NCBI GenBank assembly: GCA_013697055.1
Contig: JACCXK010000142.1
Location: forward strand, 1,651 to 65,650
Direction of reading: 5' to 3'
DNA from: Alphaproteobacteria bacterium
GTDB taxonomy: Bacteria; Pseudomonadota; Alphaproteobacteria; Micropepsales; Micropepsaceae
Length of the DNA stretch: 64,000 nucleotides
Below, one piece after another: positions 59,480 to 64,000 of the stretch. Position 1 is the stretch's first letter. Each line of letters starts with the position of its first letter. A model generated the notes under the pieces. The model saw only the letters and a program-made list of their open reading frames with translations, had not been told where the DNA came from and made no database searches. The translations under genes were made by a program, and so were the position numbers.

Positions 59480-60436
59480 TCACGGGTTGAGCGAGGCGAG
59501 ATAGGCCGCGATGTCCACGCGCATGTCGTCGGTCATGTTGGCGACTTCCGGTTTCATCATGGCTGCGCCGGGCCCGTTGCGGGTGCCGGCCTTGAAGTCA
59601 TACAGCTGGCGCACGATCTGGGCGGGCGAGCGGCCGGCCAGGGCCGGCACCGCGCCATTGCCCTTGTAGTCGGGGCCGTGACAGGCGGCGCAAGGAAAGG
59701 CGCCCGCGCCGGATTCTACCAGCGCCTTGCCGCGCGCGATGCTGCCCTTGGGCACATAGGCGATGAAACCGGATTTTGAATCCCGCCATTCGGTACGCTC
59801 CAGATTGACCGGCACTTCCAGGATGCGCTTGCCGATGGCTTCCTTCGGCCCGGGCAGCACATTCATCATATTGCGATCGCCCACGGCGGTTTTGGGCACG
59901 CGATCGGCTTCCACCACCCGGATCCATTTGCCGTATTTCAGCCTGGAGAAATACTCCGCGGCGATCTTCACTTCGGCGTCGTTCGAGGCTTTGGCCACCG
60001 CCATCATGGCATTGATCGAGCCCATCTTGTCGCTGGAAGACTTGCGGCGGCCGGTGCGCATGTCGGCGACCTGTTGCACGATATAGGCGGCGGGCTGGCC
60101 CGCCAGCGAGGCATTTTCGGGCCGGCCCTGGCCGTTGGGCAGATGGCAATAGCCGCAGGCGAAGACGCCGGGCTTCCTGCCATGGGCGACGACATCCGGC
60201 ATCTTGGCGTGGGAGTCGGGATACCAGTCCGGCGCGTTGAAACGGTCATTCACCCCCGCCCGCGTGAAGCTGACCTTGCTGCCCGGCAAATGGCGGGCTT
60301 GCGCCGGATCGGGGGCGGGGAATGCCTTGTCGGTCACCGGATAGGCCCAGATCGGCAAGGTGTTTGCGCCCTGCGCGAGCGCCGCGCCCGTCAGCGCGGC
60401 GGCGGAAATCCCCAGCAACAACAGAAGTTTACGCAT
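59480..60436 (-). CDS. Periplasmic dihaem c-type cytochrome (318 aa)
   Basis: Signal MRKLLLLLGISAAALTGAALAQG. Two CxxCH motifs are present: FACGYCHLPNGQG and FPCAACHGPDYKG. Confidence 0.85.
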   Translation of the reverse strand: MRKLLLLLGISAAALTGAALAQGANTLPIWAYPVTDKAFPAPDPAQARHLPGSKVSFTRAGVNDRFNAPDWYPDSHAKMPDVVAHGRKPGVFACGYCHLPNGQGRPENASLAGQPAAYIVQQVADMRTGRRKSSSDKMGSINAMMAVAKASNDAEVKIAAEYFSRLKYGKWIRVVEADRVPKTAVGDRNMMNVLPGPKEAIGKRILEVPVNLERTEWRDSKSGFIAYVPKGSIARGKALVESGAGAFPCAACHGPDYKGNGAVPALAGRSPAQIVRQLYDFKAGTRNGPGAAMMKPEVANMTDDMRVDIAAYLASLNP

Positions 60437-60508
60437 CCCTCTTCCCGGCTTTTCTTGGTTTTGTTGGCGGAAGTGGCGCATGTCTCACCCCCTTTCCGCA
60501 AGCGGATT

Positions 60509-61435
60509 TCAATGTCCTGCGGCATAGGCCTGGATCAGCACCACCCCGGCCATGATCAGCACGCCGCCCACCGCCTTCTGTATGACGTTTCGCGCCGACA
60601 AATCCTCCCGTCCGATCCTGGGGAAAAACAAAGTGAGCAGGATGCCGAACAGGAAAACAAAGAAGGTCGAGGTGGCGGAGATAGCCGACACCAGTCCCAC
60701 CGGCGCCAGCAGCGAGGCGTAGCGCACCCCCAGGCCCCCGCCCAGGTTAATCAGCTCGTTGGCGGCATTGACCCCGATCACCGCGCCGGGATTTTTGCGG
60801 AACAGGTGCGCGAACTGCTTGCGGTATTTGGGCACCGCCAGGATGCCGGCGCCGAACAGACCTTCGCCGACAAAGGTCCAGAAGGTGGTGCTCCAGAATT
60901 CGTCATGCACCGCAAAGAACTTGAACACCACGCTGGACAGGGCCAGCACAAAGGTGGCGCCCCACATCAGCAGAACCAGCTTTGGCTTGAAGCTGCCGAA
61001 ATGCAGCGTCTTGTCCAATGACAGGCCCAGCGCGCCGCCCACCACCAACCCTGCGCCGGCCAGTTGCTGCCAGCGCGGCAGCTCATGCAGGAATACCAGC
61101 CCTAGCGCGAAGGTGAAGACAGTGTTGGCTTGGAACAGCGGCGCCACCACAGATGCTTCCTCGCTCTGGATGGCCTGCAGGTAGAACAGTATGGCGCCCA
61201 TATAAAGGATGCCCGACACCGTCATCACCACCGTCGCCAGCCAGGGCAGGCTCAGGACTTTGGGTTCAAACAACCAGATGACGGGAAGGGCGAACACTCC
61301 CAGAAAGGCGGTGAACACCAGCAGCACGGCAGTGTTGCTGTCGCGGAAATATTTGTCGACCAGATACTTGTCGATATGGGTGGAAACCGCCCAAAGGACC
61401 GGGCCGGTGAACGCGAAGAGCAGCCACATGGGCAC
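60509..61435 (-). CDS. EamA-family (DMT superfamily) transporter (308 aa)
   Basis: Ten hydrophobic segments are arranged as two EamA-like halves. The N-terminus reads MPMWLLFAFTGPVLWAVSTHIDKYL. Confidence 0.8.
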   Translation of the reverse strand: MPMWLLFAFTGPVLWAVSTHIDKYLVDKYFRDSNTAVLLVFTAFLGVFALPVIWLFEPKVLSLPWLATVVMTVSGILYMGAILFYLQAIQSEEASVVAPLFQANTVFTFALGLVFLHELPRWQQLAGAGLVVGGALGLSLDKTLHFGSFKPKLVLLMWGATFVLALSSVVFKFFAVHDEFWSTTFWTFVGEGLFGAGILAVPKYRKQFAHLFRKNPGAVIGVNAANELINLGGGLGVRYASLLAPVGLVSAISATSTFFVFLFGILLTLFFPRIGREDLSARNVIQKAVGGVLIMAGVVLIQAYAAGH

Positions 61436-61500
61436 ATATAGCCATGAAAAAGGCCGGCGGCATCAGCCACCGGCCTTGTTTTCGTTATGCGGTGTTAGTG

Positions 61501-61923
61501 CTACTTCGGAATCAGCACATCCGTCACCGGCGATCGCGGGGCGGTGCCGGTGTCGATCACGAGGGTCACCGCCAGATGCACCGGCACGCTGCCCGGTTGC
61601 GGGCGGCAATCATGCGGCGCGGCGCGCGGGATCACGAAACTCTCGCCGGCCTTGACCACCATCACGGGCTGGCCCTTGACGAAGCATTCGAACGTCCCGG
61701 AGGTGACCTGGGTCATCTCCACGCCGTAATGCATGTGCGGCGACGTGGATTCGCCGTCCTTCAGGTCGCGGGTGGTGATGATGACGGTCTGGGGCTTGGA
61801 GCCTGCCGGTACGTCATAATTCTTGGTGTTGCCGCCCTGGGCTACAGCCAGTTGACCGCCTGATTGTGCGAAAGCGGCCGTTGCCGTCAGAACCACAAAG
61901 CCCGCGATTGCGAATGTTTTCAT
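61501..61923 (-). CDS. Secreted cupin-domain protein (140 aa)
   Basis: The signal is MKTFAIAGFVVLTATAAFAQ. A cupin-like core follows: GESTSPHMHYGVEMTQVTSGTFECFVKGQPVMVVKAGESFVIPRAAPH. The track ORF extending to 63315 is an antisense artefact. Confidence 0.8.
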   Translation of the reverse strand: MKTFAIAGFVVLTATAAFAQSGGQLAVAQGGNTKNYDVPAGSKPQTVIITTRDLKDGESTSPHMHYGVEMTQVTSGTFECFVKGQPVMVVKAGESFVIPRAAPHDCRPQPGSVPVHLAVTLVIDTGTAPRSPVTDVLIPK

Positions 61924-62041
61924 GTTTTTCACTCCCCAAAATCGGGCGGCAGCTTGGCGGGTCCGGGAGCCGAACGCAAACCCCCACTGGCGCGTTATCA
62001 CCCCGATAAGGGGGGATTTTCCCCCGCAACAGCAGATTTTC

Positions 62042-64000
62042 ATGACCTCCATTCGCACGCGCTTTTCCTCCATGCCGGGGCTGCTGGTCCTGGCGCTCTT
62101 CCTGATCGTGGTCCTGGCGGGCCATGCCCTGGCCGCGACCCATGGCGCCGCCGCAGGCAATGGCTCCAGCGGCACCGGCCGGGCCGAAGGCCTGCTGGTG
62201 GCCGAGATCCTGTTGCTGCTGGTGGTCGGCCGGGTGCTGGGCGAGGGCATGCAGCGCATCGGCCAGCCGGCGCTGATGGGCACGCTTCTGGCGGGAATCA
62301 TCCTGGGCCCTTCGCTGTTCGGCTGGGTCTGGCCGGAAGCCCAGCATTTCATTTTCCCCAAGGATGAAAACCAGAAAGGCATGATCGACGGCCTGTCCCA
62401 AGTCGGCGTCCTGATGCTGCTCTTGCTGACCGGGATGGAGACCGATCTCAGCCTGGTGCGCAAATCCGGCTGGGCGGCGGTGGCCATCGCGCTGTGCGGC
62501 ATCGCCTTTCCCTTCGCCTGCGGTTTTGCGCTGGGCGAGTTCGGACCGGCGGCGCTGCTGGGCGGCGCCAGCGGCGGCAACAGCCTGGCGACCTCGTTGT
62601 TCCTGGGAACGGCGCTAAGCATCTCCTCCATCAAGATCGTGGCCATGGTGGTGCGGGAGATGAACTTCATGCGCCGCAACCTGGGCCAGATCATCGTCGC
62701 CACCGCCATCATGGAAGACACGGTGGGCTGGGTGATCATCGCCATCATCTTCGGCATCACCGGCGCGCGCGGCGGCGGCGCCGGCGGCGGGCTGGATGTC
62801 CTGAACCTGGCCAAGACGGTGGGCGGGGTGGTGCTGTTCCTGGTCTTCTGCTTCACCGCCGGGCGCTGGCTGGTGTTTTCCGCCATCCGCTGGGTCAACG
62901 ACAATTTCCGCAGCGACTTTCCCGTCATCACCGCCATCCTGGTGATCACCGGCTGCATGGCCCTCATCACCCAGCTGCTCGGTGTGCGCACGGTGCTGGG
63001 CGCCTTCATGGCGGGGGTCTTGATCGGGGAATCCCCCATCCTCACCAACCACATCCAGAGCCAGCTGCGCGGCATGATCACCGCTTTCTTCATGCCGATC
63101 TTCTTCGGCATGTCGGGACTGGCGGCGGACCTCACCATCCTGAAGGACGCAAAGCTGGCAGGCCTGACCGTCCTGCTGGTGGCGATTGCGTCGGTCGGAA
63201 AATTCTCCGGCGCCTTTGCCGGCGCCATGCTGGGACGGCTGAAATGGCGCGAAGGCATCGCGCTGGGCTGCGCCATGAATGCGCGCGGCTCCACCGAGGT
63301 GATCGTCGCGTCCATCGGGCTTTCGATGGGCGCGCTGAGCCAGAATCTCTACACCATGATCGTCACCATGGCGGTGATCACCACCATGGCGATGCCGCCC
63401 ATGCTGCGCGCCGCGCTGAGCGGCCTGCCCATGACCAAGGAGGAAGAAATCCGCATCGGGCGCGAGGCGATCGACCTAAAAGGGTTCCTGCCGCGGCTCG
63501 AGCGGCTGCTGCTGGCGGTGGACGACAGCCCGGTGGGCCATATGGGCGCGCGGCTTGCGGGCCTGTTGGCGGGCGCGCAGGGCATGCCGGTGACGATGCT
63601 GAAACTGGAATCCGATATGCGCCAGGCCGCGGAAAGCGCGCCGTCCGGCAACCAGGAGCATGGCGCCCTGGGCACGGCGGAGCGGCAAAGCGAAAAGGTC
63701 CGGGAAGGCTCGCTGGGCCACGCCGAACAGAATGTCGCCAAGGATGCCGAGCACAAGAAAATCACCGGTGCCCAATCGCGCGAGCAAAGCGGCGCGGACC
63801 TCAAGTCCGATTCCCTGGCGAGGGCGGTCAAGGCCGGCGCCAAGACGAGCGCCGCCAAAGTGCTGGCGGATGACGCCGAACCAGATCCGGACAAAGTGCA
63901 CCTGACGGCGCGGGTGCCGCTGGATGCGGCCGCCGATGTGGTGAAGGACGAGTCGCGCAAGGGCTATGATCTGATGTTCATCGGCCTGGACGCCAGCGTC
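62042..64000 (+). CDS. Cation:proton antiporter (CPA2/Kef-type) with a C-terminal soluble USP-like extension, 3'-partial
   Basis: This ORF is not in the track because it has no stop before the window end. I translated it by hand only near both ends (the first ~170 codons from 62042 and 63299-64000) and saw no stop there; the middle was not checked codon by codon. The translation begins MTSIRTRFSSMPGLLVLALFLIVVLAG…LLVAEILLLLVVGRVLGEGMQRIGQPALMGTLLAGIILGPSLFG…VGVLMLLLLTGMETDL…. Later it reads RGSTEVIVASIGLSMGALSQNLYTMIVTMAVITTMAMPPML. A hydrophilic region then ends in …KGYDLMFIGLDASV. Confidence 0.85.
   Translation, partial: MTSIRTRFSSMPGLLVLALFLIVVLAGHALAATHGAAAGNGSSGTGRAEGLLVAEILLLLVVGRVLGEGMQRIGQPALMGTLLAGIILGPSLFGWVWPEAQHFIFPKDENQKGMIDGLSQVGVLMLLLLTGMETDLSLVRKSGWAAVAIALCGIAFPFACGFALGEFGPAALLGGASGGNSLATSLFLGTALSISSIKIVAMVVREMNFMRRNLGQIIVATAIMEDTVGWVIIAIIFGITGARGGGAGGGLDVLNLAKTVGGVVLFLVFCFTAGRWLVFSAIRWVNDNFRSDFPVITAILVITGCMALITQLLGVRTVLGAFMAGVLIGESPILTNHIQSQLRGMITAFFMPIFFGMSGLAADLTILKDAKLAGLTVLLVAIASVGKFSGAFAGAMLGRLKWREGIALGCAMNARGSTEVIVASIGLSMGALSQNLYTMIVTMAVITTMAMPPMLRAALSGLPMTKEEEIRIGREAIDLKGFLPRLERLLLAVDDSPVGHMGARLAGLLAGAQGMPVTMLKLESDMRQAAESAPSGNQEHGALGTAERQSEKVREGSLGHAEQNVAKDAEHKKITGAQSREQSGADLKSDSLARAVKAGAKTSAAKVLADDAEPDPDKVHLTARVPLDAAADVVKDESRKGYDLMFIGLDASV

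Noticed and set aside
61924-63315. The 604-aa minus-strand ORF (61501..63315) taken as one large gene
   Set aside because: Only its last 140 codons (61501..61923) form a sensible protein, with a signal peptide and a cupin core. The rest is Pro/Arg/Ser/Met-rich and lies exactly antisense to a clearly coding CPA2 antiporter frame. This is a typical high-GC antisense artefact.
62494-63873. The 459-aa plus-strand ORF rich in Arg/Gly/His
   Set aside because: It is the wrong reading frame of the antiporter gene. The composition (RRRR and GGRG runs) is non-protein-like, whereas frame 2 gives textbook TM helices.

Overview
High-GC (roughly 62-65% by eye) chromosomal segment that looks alphaproteobacterial: EcfG-type stress promoters, many TonB-dependent receptors, IclR regulators and TamAB. 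No database search was possible, so every family call rests on motifs I recognise in the translations.

The core content consists of five gene clusters and a run of housekeeping-type genes.

- **(i) 0.2-1.6 kb:** a small general-stress cluster (CsbD, PepSY, YflT-like).
- **(ii) 3.1-11.8 kb:** an uptake/catabolic cluster: TonB-dependent receptor, an unknown protein, two tandem Tat-signal beta-propellers, IclR, and orphan dmpF-dmpG meta-cleavage genes. It ends at an IS110 transposase remnant.
- **(iii) 12.8-21.7 kb:** an IclR plus TonB receptor unit lies divergent from a three-gene operon of DUF1592-type CxxCH protein, DUF1552 protein and an unknown 494-aa periplasmic protein.
- **(iv) 25.7-31.6 kb:** tamA-tamB.
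- **(v) 40.4-64 kb:**
  - a fused membrane/spermidine-synthase-like protein;
  - two overlapping Tat-signal FMN-dependent alpha-hydroxy-acid oxidoreductase paralogs, one of which lacks the catalytic His/Arg;
  - an esterase, a PAS protein, a BaiN-like flavoprotein, a DEAD-box helicase, an NPP-type phosphodiesterase and a third TonB receptor;
  - a four-gene periplasmic operon (dihaem cytochrome c, 641-aa Tat protein, binding protein, NHL propeller);
  - an EamA transporter, a cupin and a CPA2 antiporter that runs off the window end.

Two more AT-rich accessory patches flank tamAB, at 21.7-25.7 kb and 31.6-40.3 kb.

- Both patches carry the same families of small signal-peptide proteins (hexad Trp/Arg/Glu repeat proteins and glycine-zipper proteins) plus a small HTH protein.
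- Several of these genes sit behind exact GGAAC-N16/17-CGTT motifs.
- The second patch is a decayed integrative element. It holds a truncated P4-type integrase, an AlpA-like gene, a primase/Toprim remnant, an orphan 3' half of a tRNA-Val(GAC)-like gene, and a gene fragment paralogous to the third gene of cluster (iii).

A bipartite ~75-bp palindromic REP/MITE-like repeat occurs at least seven times, mostly at the edges of these patches.

I found no rRNA, no intact tRNA and no CRISPR array. Many long ORFs in the six-frame track are antisense artefacts of high-GC coding sequence.
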